DNA of 64,000 nt from the NCBI RefSeq assembly GCF_009914755.1, contig NC_060932.1. One strand, 5' to 3'. The notes beneath the pieces were generated by a model. It saw nothing but the letters and a program-made list of their open reading frames with translations, was not told the origin of the DNA and searched no databases. Of this stretch, positions 26,158 through 40,959 are shown in pieces (position 1 is the first letter of the stretch; each line of letters opens with the position of its first letter). This DNA comes from the human T2T-CHM13v2.0 reference genome, Homo sapiens. Made by a program: the position numbers and the translations under genes.

Positions 26158-29114
26158 TAGAACATTATTATAAAATAGAGATGATGACTACTTGTAAGCT
26201 TGGTATAATAAAAATCCAGTATTTTTAAAGGTTTAAATTTAGCAAATGATTTTAAGAAATTAGTAAAGTTATGAACAAGTGATAAATATTCAACTGTCTT
26301 ACATTTTTATGAACCCAGAGTAAACATTATAATATATTTACATAGAAACATATTCATACTACTGTAAGAATATTCTAATAAGATACACTTTTACTAAATT
26401 ATAATTAAAAATTCATGCTCAGAGATAGTCTTCTATAGATACTAGTATCCCAAGTATTTCTAATAGTAGTAGTAGTAGTAATAAAAAGAATAATGGAAAC
26501 AAAGTATTCTATTGATGTTTGATATTAATATAGCAGATATAGTAATTATTATATTTGCCGTGTTGCTGTTAAAACTGGAGAATCTGCCATTTAAAAATTT
26601 ACTGGAACTTCATTTCTGATTTCTAGGGTGGAATTTTCTCTTCTCCTCTTTGTGGTCATCCCCCACTGTACCCTGGGAATGTCTGCGTTTGTGGGCTTTT
26701 ATTCAGACTTAGAGAAAAGCACCTACATTTTCTTCTTGAGAAAGTGTTAAACTCCAGAAAGTAACCCATGTGCAGACACTTGAGATGGAGATAATAATGC
26801 TGTCCTTGGTCATTTTGTTTTGATTAAGATTGCCTTTGTTAGCATTACTCTTTCTTCATTTGTGCTTAGGGAATGTCTATGTTTGTGAGTTTTTCTATGC
26901 AAGCATTTACTCATAAAATTCTGAAAACAGAAACGAAGCTTTGTTGCCTATCTTGGTTCCTTGACAACATGGAAGCTTTCCAATGCTTAACATGCTACAC
27001 TATGGGAAAAACACAGGTAATTTTGTATTTTGGGATTGTCCTGAAAGGAGCCTAGGGTGAGACCAATGCCTGTGGGTAGGGGGTGGAGTTCTCCCTAAGA
27101 AGAATGCATGATCCCCATGAAGCAAGCTGGGGAGAGGTCAATCAAGGGCAGAAACTTGATTGGAAATCAGTCAAGAGATTGGGGACTCCTGGGGGAGTCA
27201 GAAGGAAGGAAAAGCTGTTTCTTTTCTTTCTGACCTCAGGGAGTTGGTGTCTAGACTGCAGGAGAAGATGTATACTGTACTTAGGAAGCTCTCCTTGGTT
27301 TTTGCCAGAAGGTAAGCTGGACTCTATAAAATGGAGGAGACAAGGAATGGCAGGAAGGTTGATTTTCACCACAGTGAGGCAGGTCAAGATCTAAACAGGA
27401 AAAGGTGTCAGGAGATGACTGACATGTGGCTTGGGACTTTGGATTCTAAACGCAACCACAACCAATTTCAAGTTTTCTGTGTGATACAGTTCCCGTCCCT
27501 GGTTTCTTTTAGTGAAGTCTTATTAAGCATTACACAGCGCAGTTGTGCTTTAGAGAATTGAGGGATGAGCTTACCATTACACTTGCAGTAAAGCTTCTAT
27601 AGGGGAGAACCACCCGCACCCTGAGACATACATGAAATGAAGCTCAACTCAGAATTGGGGGGCATGGTCCAGCAATAGATGTGGGGTATTCCAAGTGACC
27701 GGTGAGTTCCAAAATATTATTTGAGAGCATGTAACAAATGGTATCAGGATTCCCAGAGGTACTGGGAGAAGGAAACCTCATAAAAGAGTGCCTGTACAAA
27801 AGTACCTTCGTAACAAAAAAAGTAAAAAGGAAGTGCTACTTTATTTCAAAGTCTTCTGAGGCCTGGAGCATATGCATTAAAACAGTTTTCCTTTGTTCAG
27901 CTTTTCTTGTTCTTTATCCAGTTCCTGACAAAGCAAATGTGTTAAATTTCCTACCTGTAGATAGAAACATTTACAGTTTTATCTTTCCAGTGAAGGCCTT
28001 GATTACACTTGAGTAAAAGGCAATAGAACAAGAGGAAGAACAGTGATGTTACAGCATCCAAAGAATAATAATAACTTAAAACTGGAAATACTTATTTTTA
28101 TAAATTAATTTCTCAACATATACATTACGTGTGTTAATTTTATGTATAAAACAAATCCAGCTGTACTTACGAATACCTATCAGAATCCTAAACAGTTTGA
28201 AAATACCTAATATAGTAAAACTATCACAATATCAACTAAAAATCTCTATTTAATTAAAAATTATTATGAATATACACATATGTTCACAAGCATAAATTTA
28301 TTTGATTTGGGATTGTGTACATCTACCTTAGATTGAGATAACTTTTGAAAATATTCAATATGAGAAAAGTAATCTAAATAGCAGGCAGAAGAGGTTTATT
28401 TCATACCATCCATTCCTTTCTTCCTTCCCTAAAAGATTATTTGATATCTCCTCCAAGAAAAAAATCAGAAGGAACCTAGAAAAACTTGTCATGCAGTTTA
28501 AGGAATGGCTGTGAGGCCAGCCAAAACAAAGAGTGGAGAAGAAAATGCTTGAATGTAGGGATGTAATGAAAATGATCTGGCTGGTCATAGAAATTGCAGG
28601 AGGGATTCTCTCATGAGATGGGAAGTGAAGGATTTCATTTCTAAGCTTCCTTTCAGCACTTAAGATTCTATGAATTTGACACTCTTGTCCACCATTACTT
28701 GCTGAATTACACTGGAGTAGGTTTGTTTGTTTAGTTATTAATGTGACTGCCATCTTTGCTTAGCACCCTTCATTCCTCGTGCATTTTTAAACCTTTCTTT
28801 TACTTGACCAAATGCAAATACATGTGCTTAGATTCTGCCTACACATCAGTAACAATCAAAAGAAAATACATACTTAATCATGCAGGTGCTTTATCCAACA
28901 TGACACTAAACATTTGCAAAAAGGTGGGATTCCAAACATTCATATTTTAGGGGACACTGAGTTGTAGCTATATCAAATATGTGAAAGCACATGGCAGCCC
29001 TGTGATTCATTTAATCTTTGAGGATATGAATAACAACAACAAAGAAGTCGGTGATCTGGGCTGCCAATTTCTTGTTTAGTTTTTAGTTTCTATGGCTTAC
29101 AAAAATATTTCTTT

Positions 29115-29310
29115 TATTTCGTTTGACCTCATCATAGAAGGATAAAATTGGTATCAATAATCTCATTTTATAGACAGGAGAATTGAGGCTTAGGTGATTA
29201 AAGCAGCTAGCCCAAGGTGACCTAAGTAGTTAATGATGAAGGAGAACTGGTTAATGAGGAAGCAGAGACTTGAATTCAAGTCTTCTGACTTCAGAATTTA
29301 TTTTCCTTTA
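29115..29310 (-). mobile_element. MIR SINE
   Basis: CTCATTTTATAGACAGGAGAATTGAGGCTTAGG..GCCCAAGGTGAC..GACTTGAATTCAAGTCTTCTGACT. Confidence 0.75.
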
Positions 29311-29311
29311 G

Positions 29312-29708
<397 letters not shown>

Positions 29709-31663
29709 TATGCCTTAATGTTTTTACACCTCATTGGAAAACGGTTCGAATCAGAATTATCAAATGCAAGGAAAACAGTTATGGTATAACTAGAATATAG
29801 CAGAATATAATGTATGATTGCTTAGCTTTATATTATTTCTGTAGCTTTAAATAAAGGAAAAATGCTTAATGGTGTCCTTTTCTGATTAAAAAAAAAAAGT
29901 TTTCTGTTTCCTTCTCTGAATCAATTTACCATGCTTTCAGTATCACAACAGTTTTCAGTTGAGCTTTTATTTGTAAAGGTAGAAGCTTCTTGAGACGATT
30001 TCTTTTTGTGGTCGATAAAGCATTTTCCCCTCCTCCTCAACAGACTACCACTGGACCTGACAGTGGTAAAAACTGTCTCCCTATGCCAGAGAGTCCTCTG
30101 TAGCTTCTATGAAGAGGCAAGGTGCCTTTTGGCAGAGACAAAGTATATGTCATCTTCCTCCCCATCTTTTGTTAGGCTAAATTTGAGGGACTAGAATATA
30201 GATGTTTTCCAAAATATTGATTAATATGGTTGTTTCTATGTTAAAAAATAAATTGAATCAGTTGTTTAGCATCAAGTGTACAAAAGAAATTATGTTGATT
30301 TTTTTCCCCACATGTCAGTTGGCTGTTATGGTAAATGTTTTGGCACTGTATAGACATTAACGTTGTCCACATGATGCCAAAATGACGTGTTGACAAAAGA
30401 AAAATGCAAAAAACTAGTTATATAATGTTTTATAGGTACAACTGTATTTTTCCTGATGTTATGTATTTTTTTCTAAAGCAGTATAATTATATGATGTTTT
30501 ATAATTTCTTATGGATATAAAATTTGGAATATTTTTCTTGATTTTAGAAGGAGTCAGAATTATTAAGAGCCTATTTACTCATTTAGGTAGCTAATCTAAA
30601 AATTGACTTCATATTAAAGACTGACTTAAAATACAAATTTTCTATAAAATTATGCTGGTCATAGTAAATTAAATAAAAATTAAGACAATAAGTAAAATAT
30701 ACATATATAAAACATATCTATGATCATAGAATGAATAGTAGAATTTTGGCTCAGACTATTTTTATTCATGAATCAAATAAGAAATATAGTTAAATAATAG
30801 GGAAAACAATATAATTAGATATTTCTTTAGGAGTCACTAGAATATATAAACACAAAGATGAATCACTTAGCATATACTTAGTGCAGTTATAGGGGCTGTG
30901 AGGGACACCCTGCTTTGGTTGAGGAAAACGTAATATTTATTAAACAATGTTGAAAATATACAACAGAATTCAAGTGCTAAAATACATTCTATAATTGCTT
31001 TAGGGGTACCAAGGAATAAAAGATTGATGAAGGCTGTGTTAAAGAAGTGGTGTTCCAGCTGAGCCTGAAAGCAAAGGTCAAGTTTGAATTGATAGAGGTG
31101 AGAAAAGAAGACATTCTAGATGAGAAGGGCAACGTGAGGCAACGTGAGGAAAATCCTAAGGGTGAAAGTAAGCAGGGTGAGCATTTCCACATTGTATGTG
31201 AAAATATAATACTGAGTGCCTTTATTTTAGACATGGTTCTAGAAAATATCTTGAATTTTCCATCTCCTTTCTGATTTTGCAGACCTTGGCTTTATTGAAG
31301 TGTTGGAACAGTACTAGTAATAATGTTTATTAGACAATAATGAAAAGAAGAATGATATCTCAGTAATCCCCCTGTCATATTATTTGTGTAATCTGCACTT
31401 ATAGTCCTCACTGCCAACATATATTAATAAGCAACCAGCCTTAAATGCTGTTCTCCAAATCCATTACTTAAATAGTGCTTTACAAGTAATATGTTGAAGA
31501 GACTATGGTCTTGAGATTCAAAATAATGATGTAATTCAGCTAGATTTTGAGGCAGAGGTGGAGAAGGAAGGGCTGTGCAAAATAGCATGATGAACTCTAG
31601 TCTTCCTATTGGGTACTTTTAAGCTTTTCTCTACGTTTCTTGAGACAAAGCCTTTTTTTTTTT

Positions 31664-31742
31664 AACAACTAACGGGCAACTCCAAACCCCTGTATATTTA
31701 TGAAACAACTAATGAGCAACCCCAAACCCCGATATATTAATG
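31664..31742 (+). repeat. Tandem duplication, period 40
   Basis: AACAACTAACGGGCAACTCCAAACCCCTGTATATTTATG vs AACAACTAATGAGCAACCCCAAACCCCGATATATTAATG. Confidence 0.9.
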
Positions 31743-31767
31743 CTGTATGTGTGGGTATGACAAGAGA

Positions 31768-31793
31768 CATTTTATCTGCATGCAGATAAAATG
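31768..31793. repeat. Perfect 26-bp palindrome
   Basis: CATTTTATCTGCA|TGCAGATAAAATG. Confidence 0.95.
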
Positions 31794-32154
31794 ATATGGT
31801 TAGGCTTTGTAGCCCCCACCTGAATCTCATCTTGAATTGTAATCCCCAGGTGTTGAGGGAGCAACCTGGTGGGAAATGATAGGATCATGGAGGCAGTTTT
31901 CCTCTTACTGTTCTCATTATAGTGAGTTCTCACGAGATCTGATGGTTTTATAAGCATCTGGCATTTCCCCCTGCTTGCACTTCTCTCTTGCCTGCTGCCG
32001 TGTTAATACGTACCTGCTTCCCTTTCCGCCATGACTGTAAGTTTCGTGAGGCCTCCCCAGCTATGTGGAACTGTGAGTCAATTGTACCCCTTTCCTTTAT
32101 AAATTACCCAGCCTCGGGCAGTTCTTTATAGCAGTGTGAAAACAAACTAATACA
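31792..32154 (+). mobile_element. THE1D-like MaLR solo LTR
   Basis: TGATATGGTT..AATCTCATCTTGAATTGTAATCCCC..GAGATCTGATGGTTTTATAAGCATCTGGCATTTCCCC..ACTAATACA; TG..CA ends; 5-bp TSD TAAAA/TAACA. Confidence 0.92.
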
Positions 32155-32379
32155 TAACATTACAGGCATTCAGAGCTTTATAATCAAAGGAAAAAAGTAG
32201 GGAAGAAGTAGAAATAACTAAATAGAGAATGATTTATCAGGAGAATAGAGTGAGATCTGCTGGAAAATTCCTTCAAAAACAGGGCAATAGGTGAGAATAT
32301 TTTTTGGTAGTTCACAAAGCAACCTTTCACTTTTAATAGTTATATGTTGAATATACATTAGTATACTACAAAGTGAGTG

Positions 32380-32401
32380 GTGTGTGTGTGTGTGTGTGTG
32401 T
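32380..32401. repeat. (GT)11 microsatellite
   Basis: Read directly. Confidence 0.95.
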
Positions 32402-32439
32402 AATAAGCACAAGAAAACCACAAAATAGTGTGTAGTTTT

Positions 32440-32590
32440 TACAGTGTGGTTCCCAAACAGTATCACCTGGGAGCTTAGAAATGCAAATCGTCAAGCACCA
32501 CCGCAGATAGACTGAATCAGAAACTTTGCAGGTGAAGCCCAGCAATCCCTCCAGGTGATTCTAATGTGTACTAAAGTTTGAGAACCACTA
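32440..32590. mobile_element. MER5A/B fragment
   Basis: ATCACCTGGGAGCTTAGAAATGCAAAT..ACTGAATCAGAAACT..CCAGGTGATTCTAATG..AAGTTTGAGAACCACTA. Confidence 0.8.
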
Positions 32591-33899
32591 ATTTGATGAA
32601 TATATAATTGCTTAGGGTAAGGCTAAATTAAAAATCTATTTAAATTTAATTTAAAAATAAATTTTGGTATATAAGTCGTAGTTTAAAAAGATAAATATAA
32701 TGAAAGTAGTATTTGAGTTACTGAAGTTAAAAATAGTGCTCTCCTTTGTAGTATTGTAAAAACTGTGGCTTGGCAGAAATTACAGTGAAGAACAAATAAG
32801 AAAATGAGGAAAAATAATGAAAGAAAGAAGGAAGGAAATGGGGTTTAATGTCAACTAACATATATCAGTAAGAAGCATGTGGAAGATCCTTTATCAAAAT
32901 ATTCAGTAAGTCATTTGTTGGGACTAGCTTGTCTAATGTTGAATATCTGAACCTCATTATTACAAATAGTCCAGTTAAAGATAGCAGGGCAGAAAAATCC
33001 TTGACTTTATGTCCCAAGCACAGAATCACTTCCCAGATGGCCTGACTTAATGGACATTTTGTTTGTTAAAACACCAAATGTCTAAAAGCAAATTAGAGTC
33101 ATTTGGGTAAAAAAAAAACACAAAAAAACCCATCCTTAATTTTCTTTCTACTTGGCAGTAATCCAGTTTGAATTTTTCTTGTGCCACTATCTATAATAAA
33201 GGAATTTGTGTAAACTTCAGGGGATTATATTCTCTTTCACAGAGAATGCCCAAGATAGGTTATTTCAGCCTCCAATGTGAAGCAAATGTGAAATTCTGGG
33301 TTTTTTTCTAGACTTAGATTTAATAGTCTAATACCTGAATTGATTTTATCATGCAAATGCCTATTGGTAAATTTAATAAATCATAATCTTTAATGAGGTA
33401 ATTTCTGGACAAATAGCATATTAACTCTAAAGAAATAAATATCAGGCATTAAAAAAAGAATCTTAGTTTAGGCTTTGTCTCTAGTTTATACTGGTTCTGG
33501 GTTTAATTATATATTTTAAATATTCAGCATCTACTTTAAATTCCAGTAGCTAATCATATTATTCAGTGGCTATAAAATCCACTTTTGTTGGATCTTTATT
33601 ATTCAAGTATTCTACTACATGCAATAAGAAATAAACAATATACATACTAGAAATATCAGAAGAGAGTAGCAAGCATCAGCAATCCTTCACTTGGGAAGAG
33701 GCGAGAGTTCAGAAAGAGACTTTATGTCGTGAGTAGGGCTTGAGAGAAGCTGAAGATGGAGCAGGAACATCAAATCACCAAATAAAACCTTCAGTACTCC
33801 ACATGTCACACTAACCACAAGGAAACTGTGGTCCATCATTGGAGAAATTTGAGGTTGGTAGTGCACTGAGATAACTACAGCAGCTACAAAACTCTCATC

Positions 33900-36800
33900 C
33901 ATTTCAATTACTGGTGAGACTGACTCAACTACTGACACTAACAGTCTTAGATAAGAAAAGATATATCAATTTCAGGGTACAAATAATAGTATCTCAGTCT
34001 CTACTGTTTCTTGACACACAATGTTTGATGTTTATTCGTATCTACTTTCATTCCTGTTTTTGTTTTTTCCTGGTGTGTGTGTCAGACAAAAAAAAAAAAA
34101 TGACCCATTGGCAAGAAAACAAAATAGTAGAAATGGAAATAGAGATATCCCAGACATTGAAAATTTTCAGCAGTCTTTGAAATAACTATGATTAATATTG
34201 TAAATATCCAGCAAAAATGTAGACAAAATATTAACAGAATTTCAGTAGAAGGCTGGGAAGTATAAAAAAAGTAGTAAATTGAAAATGCTTAACAAACAAA
34301 TAATTCCTTTGATACACTTATCTGTAAACTAGACAGAGAAGAGGAAAGAATCAATGAACTTGAAGGTAAGTCATTTAAAATAATTCAACTCGAAACACAA
34401 ATAGGAAAAAGGAGAAGAAAACAGAATTAAACATCCAGGAATGTGGGACACTATCAAACTCTACAAAATACCTAGACTTGGCATCCCAGAATGAGAACAG
34501 GGAATAGTGAGAACCCAACAATTCATGTAGAGTTACAGGCCAGGAATTCACCAAAATTTACTGAAGTCAACAAGCAACAGTTCCAAAAATCTCAAAGAAC
34601 CCCTAGCAGGCTGAATATACCTAGGCACATCATAATCAAACTGCTTAGAAACAAAAATAAACAAAAAATCTTGAAAATACCCAAAGAAAAAAGAAAAATA
34701 TAGAGGAGAACAAAGTTAACAATGGCAGTAGACTTTTCATCAGAAAGCTAGTAAGACAAACAAAAAGAAGAAAAGAGAAAAACAATGAAGTGACATGTCA
34801 ACTGGGTAAAGAAATAAAACAACTTGTCAACCAATAATTCTATACCCAACTAAGTCCCTTTTAAAAATAAATAAAAAATATGTATTTTTTCACATTAAAA
34901 ACAAAAATAGAGAATTTATCACCAGCTTAACTGCACCACAAGCTATGTTATTTAAAATAAGTCTTATAGACAGAAATAATATGAGGTCAGTTGGAAATCT
35001 GTGTCGTCGGAAAGGAATGGATATGCCCCAGAAATGGTAAAAATGTAGATAAATATATTAAAGATTATTTTCCCTTACTTTTGACCTTTTTAAAAGATAA
35101 ATGACACTTTATAACAAAAAGAATAGTAAAATATTGTGAGGTTAATAACCTATGTAAAAGCAAAATATATGACAGTAGTACAAATGATAGGAAGGAAGAA
35201 ATAGAAGTATACTGTTGTAAGGGTCGTGTGTTGTGCAAAAAGTGGTATGCTATTATGTGAAGGTAAGCTATGATAAGTTAACAAAGCATATTGTAAAATG
35301 CAGAGCAACAATTGAAAAAATAAAACAAAGATATATAGCTAATAAGCTGATAGTGGAGATAAAATAAAATTATTAAAGTGCTCAATTCAAAATATGGCAG
35401 AAAAAGAGCAAGAATGAAACGAAGAACAGATGGAATACTAGATAAGAAATGGCAAGATGTAATCCCAACCATATTATAGATTTAAGCCCAACCCTATCAA
35501 AAAGTATATTTGATACAAATGGTCTAAATACTACAACTTACATGTAGAACTGGCCAAATTGGATTTTAAAAAGGCTCAAATATATACTATTTATAAGAAA
35601 ATTATTTTAATATAATGAAATAGGTCAAAAGTAAAAGGATGGAAAATGTGTACCATGAAGCACTAATCCAAAGAAAAATGGATATTAACAGAGATAAAGA
35701 AAGAAATTGCATGGTGAAAAAAGGTCCATTAATCGGGAAAGCATAACAATCCTAACAATCCTAAAGGTAAGATTTGAATCACCTAATAATGGTACTTCAA
35801 AATACATAAAGCAGAAAAATGATAGAACTGCAAGGACAAACGGACAAATGCACAATTATAGTTTGAGATTTTCAACACTCTCCTCTCAATAATAGATAGA
35901 ATAAATAGGCAAAAAATATTTAAACCTACAGTTAATATTGTACTTTTACTTAATAGTAAAAACCTATACGACCATATCTAGTCAACATTGTTAGAGGTCA
36001 TAGTCACTTCAGTAAGTCAAGAGAATGCATACTGATTGTAAAGAAATACTGTGAGCTCTTCACTCACTGATGATATGATTGTTAATATAAAAAAATCCCA
36101 AATGTAAATTTATGAAAACCTAACACTAAAAAGTGTCAGCTACCAAGGCCATAAAATTTAAAGTTAATATTTTAATACTCAATTGATTTATTTATATACT
36201 AGTGATAAATAATTTAAAATGAAAATTTAAAAAGAATATCCAACAGCATCAAAAAATATGAAATTCTTCTCATCACTTCAATGAAATATATGCAAGACAT
36301 GCGCTTTGAAAATTATTAAACATTTCTGAAATTAAAGAATATCTAAAGTAACAGAACTATATAATGCATTTATTGATTGACTCAATATTGTTAAAATATT
36401 ACTTCCCAAATTGATCTGCAGATCTAATGCATTTTCATTCAAATTCAAATCAGGACTACTTTGGGGAACTGACAAGTTTATTCTTAAATTTGTATGAAAA
36501 CATCAAGAATTTAGAATAGCCTATACAATTTAGAAAAAGAGAAAAAATATCTGGGCACTTACACTGCTTGAATTATCGGTGAGTTAGCAGTTAGCTTTAC
36601 TTAGTACAAATCTACGTTAATAAAGACAATGTGGTATTGACATAAGAACAATCATATAGATCAATGGAACAGAATAGACTACAGAAATAGACTCACATGT
36701 GTTAATTATGTTCAAATTAACTTGATAAAATAATTCAATGGGAAAAGAATAGTCTATTCAACAAACAGTGTTGGCATAATTTGATATCTATATAAAATAT

Positions 36801-36925
36801 AAACTTCGACAATTAAAAAAATTAACATTATGAATGATAGACCTAAACATAAGAACGAAAGCTGTAAAACTTTTAGGGGAAGACAAGAGAAGCTCTTTGT
36901 GACTCTGTTAGCCAATGATTTCTTG
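33900..36925 (+). mobile_element. Ancient L1M (ORF1, inter-ORF region and deleted ORF2 remnants)
   Basis: A-rich; ORF1 phrases LDREEERINELE and SQRTPSRLNIPRHIIIKLL; ORF2 phrases (PNNxTSKYIKQK, AAGACAATGTGGTATTG..ATAGATCAATGGAACAGAATAGA). Confidence 0.8.
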
Positions 36926-38496
36926 GTATCAAGGACCATTTGTCACATCTTTGTAGGATAGAACCCTGTAGAGTGACTGATACATAGTAATATTGAAGAG
37001 AAACATACTCAGTATATAAACACATTTTCAGAAAGTTTTGAAAGCTGATTCGAGTAGTATGAACCCTCAATTATGCTGGCCTCTTGCCTAGAACCTTCAT
37101 AAACTTTTGCATGTTGGAAGCATAGGCCCCTAATTTGATTCTGGAAATTCAGAATTTCTATATTCATTTGACAATTGGGACACTCTCTAACAAAATATTA
37201 CTCTATTTGAATGACATGTATTTCTATGGCTTCTTGAGCTCTCCAAATTTCCAGGAATGTTTTTCTAAGTCATCCTTGACTTCACGATGGAAAATACTGG
37301 CATATCACCTAGGTCGTGTTTTGGATGTGGACATGGACTTGTGTATGAGAGTCATTAGGTGGGTTCCAGGCCTTCTGTGGGAATCATGCGATTTACAGAT
37401 CCTGCTCTTGCTCCTTTTTCTTTCTTTTATTCTCCCATTCACTTACTTGCTTCTACCTTGTTTTGATCACCTTCCTATTTTATAAGGATAGGAAGAAAGA
37501 CAAGGTGCGAAATATGAGAAGGGAAATGAAAGAGAAGAGAATAATTAAATGCAAGAGAATAAAACATGTAGATACATAGAATTCTGGAAACAGAATGATA
37601 AATCTTTCAAGGAAGAGCGAAATCCAAATAAAATTGTTAAAAGCTCCATCTGTGAACATACAAGCTAGCCAGAGGGTGGGGTTGAAGTTGGAAGTATTTG
37701 GGTTTTTAAAGTCTTCCTATCCATGAAATAATGTACAAAGTAAACTAAAATATTTTATTAGACATTGTTAAATGTCATTGAAAGTCATTTTCTAGGAAAA
37801 TGTTGTTTCCTCCAAACAACTTTGTAGGTAATAAATTTTCAATCTAAAATCTAGAAAAGACTTCACAAGTTCTAAAGATTTTCATAGAACCTCAGCCATC
37901 TTTAGTTCTCCCTATTGAGGATGTTGCACATTTTTGGAATTGATTCAGAGAACAGTTAAGCACCATCTGTGTGCCATTTACAGTAGGAAAAAAAGTATCT
38001 TTAAACTATTTATATTCTGAGATTTTTTTATTCTTGTTGGACAAAGTAGAATCAGTTCTGGTTTCAGGAAGCAACTTGGCATAACTCAACTTAAAAGAAT
38101 GAAAAACTGATATAAAAGCCTTGCTGAAGATGATATCATAATAAACACATGTGCTTATTATAAAAAATTAATGCATAAAATTGCAGGTTATCTGGCAAAG
38201 TTGTAGGAATCTTATTAATAGGCTTGGAGTGATCGTTAACCTATGGGTGATCAACAGAAACTAATTCATAGGCTTCTTCTATATGACATGAAATACTTGT
38301 TTTCAAATGGTTATAATGATTCAAAGACATGACATGTCAGGCAGTAATCACATAATCACATAATTCATTAAGCAAAATAGTTCAAAGTTGGCATACAGTC
38401 TCAACTATAAATTATAGTTATTCAAATATTTTATAGTTACATTTTAACGTTGAGAGGTACTTTTTTAAATTAAAAATATTAGAAGCAACTTACTTT

Positions 38497-38796
38497 TTTT
38501 TTTTCCTTTTTTTTTGAGAAAGATTCTCACTCTGTTGCCCAGGCTGGAGTGCAGTGGCACGATCTCAACTTACTGCAACCTCCACCTCCCGGGTTAAGCG
38601 AGTCTCCTGCCTCAGTCTCCCGAGTAGCTGGGATTACAGGCTCCCGCTACCATGCCTGGCTAATTTTTGTATTCTTAGTAGAGACAGGGTTTCGCCATGT
38701 TGGACAGGCTGGTCTCGAACTCCTGACCTCAGGTGATCTGCCCTCCTCGGCCTCCCAGAGTGATGGGATTACAGGCATGAGCCACTGCGCCTGGCC
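38497..38796 (-). mobile_element. AluSx-like
   Basis: Full dimer; 17-bp TSD TAGAAGCAACTTACTTT at 38480-38496 and 38797-38813. Confidence 0.97.
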
Positions 38797-40959
38797 TAGA
38801 AGCAACTTACTTTCTAAATGAGACACAAACTATGATAACTATACATAGACATAGATGGACTCTTTAATCAAGAAACATGTATAAAAAGAAAATATGATAT
38901 ATTTAATATCTATAACATAATTCAGTAGTAAATAGAAATATAGCAATTCAATTACTTGTTTCAATTATTTTTATTTATACACAGCTCATGTAAAACCTAA
39001 AATTTTCCCTTTCAGTTTTCTAGTTCTCCAGTGACTTGCATTTAATGGATGGCTTGCATTTCATGAATGGATACATAAGTGGCTATATTTTTTCTGTTTT
39101 AGCATTTATTTATCCTCACTATTATATTACCATCATCCTTGACAATTCAAGAATATATGCAGTGCATAATACCATACACTTTCATTGAATCCCAGAGCCT
39201 TGTCAATGGTTAGGATTCTATAACACAAACACTGTCTGCCACTTTGTGCTGAGTGTTGGATGCACAATCTAAACCTTAAAAGAAGCTCAAGCTTTTTCAT
39301 TCCTTGAAGCAATGTGCTGACTGGGTCATGGCTAAGGAGACCTAGGATCTAGACCCAGACCTAGTTCTGGAGTTGCATCTTTACGTGCTAAGAACAAGAA
39401 GCCTTTGTCTCCATATGAAATGGAATTTTGGTATTCTTAACTCCTTGATTTTATTTTTATATTTGGAGTATTTTATCTTTAATATATCTGATGTGGCATA
39501 ATGGGCTTTAGTAAAAAACAGAAAAAAAAACCAAGGGGAAGAAGAAATTGTCCTGGGCAAGGTACATTTTTCTTGTTTGGAAAAAATATGTCCTTATATA
39601 TCATATAAAGTCCTGCCTACTTTCTAATGGCCAAGTATTCCATATATAAATTTGCAATAAAACGTATTAATAGTAGTGATAAATATATGACATTTTCTTA
39701 GACTTTTCCTTTGTACCCATCTGTTCAGGACATAGTTTGTGTGACTGGTCAAGTATTCAGGTTGTCAGGACTTTGAATCTTACTCTACCTTGAAGACATA
39801 TCTGATCCTGAGATTTCTTTTGGTCTCCTCATATGGTTCCTTTCACTAGGACTGCAAATTCCTTGAACACTTTCATGTTTCTCATAGGCTATGTGTAGTA
39901 GGTGCTAGAACACTTAAGACAGCAGAAACTGATCCTAAAGCTGTGCATTATGTGTCTAAGATAATGACTTCATGGTCATCTTTATCATATCAATAAATCC
40001 AATTTCACCAGTTGTGTTAAAGTGAAGATACAACATTAAGAAAAAAAAGAAGAGGATCTTAAATCCTGTTATCTCAATGCTTTAAAGTAGACTTGAGAGC
40101 AAGCAAAGGTTAGGTAAAAGGAAGAGAATAGAGAAGGGAAGGGAAAGACAGGCATTTAAGAGCAGTCCTCAGATATCTTAAATGTAATAAAAATGATTTT
40201 CCTTAATGGCATGCTTAGGATATAATATTTTTCTGGAGCAGGGAGAAATACCTGTACCATTTCTTTCTTCTCATCTAATAGAAATCCTACTCTACGATTG
40301 TAGTTTCCTCCAGTTAGAAATTCTTCACTCATTCTTATTGATTTTTTTTTAATTCTTAAAGATCATAATCTAGGGCAGATATGATACATTCAAACAAATT
40401 TTCCCTTATTTTCCTTTGGACGTTTAAGGTATTTGTTTATAATTATTATTAATTATAAAATTGTTTTGTATTCTCATGGTTCATGTTCATGAATTAAACT
40501 ATATTCTTTTTTACAGTTTGGAAATGATCTTATTTATATTTCCAACTTGCTTAGTGTCTAGGACTAGTAAGTGCTCAATAAAGTCTGATTACTGGGTTTA
40601 TGAATAAATGGAGAAATGAATGACTGAATGAACCTCAACATATACTTTGGTGTAAATAAGTTCATATCAAAGTGTAAATGACACTTGATCACTTTGTGTT
40701 ATTTCTTGAAAGTTATAGTTTGGGAGGGTAGATAAAAACAAGCCATTGGAGTATCTGAAGATCAAAGAGGATGAATCTAAGCATAAAAACATACCGTAAA
40801 AGGGAGTCTTTAAGCAAATGTATAGGAAGCTGCTGAAGATGGCATATGTTAATCCTTGCTTTAGAGTCAAGAACTGATTCTTATTTATCTTATTATTTCC
40901 AGTATTTAACACAGTGCTTTGCATAGATAATTAAAGAATGTTTGTTGATTAATTACAGC

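Noticed and set aside
26629-26760. Exon-like segment after TTCATTTCTGATTTCTAG with an open frame
   Set aside because: Weak donor and no recognisable peptide; insufficient support.
28355-28753. 132-aa minus-strand ORF in unique sequence
   Set aside because: No recognisable domain or convincing splice context; the length is compatible with chance in 64 kb.
30044-30121. Good acceptor CATTTTCCCCTCCTCCTCAACAG with a short open frame
   Set aside because: Only weak donors follow, and I recognise no protein similarity.
37135-37485. 116-aa ORF with a Leu/Phe-rich end
   Set aside because: TTG start; composition reflects a pyrimidine-rich tract; no recognised homology.
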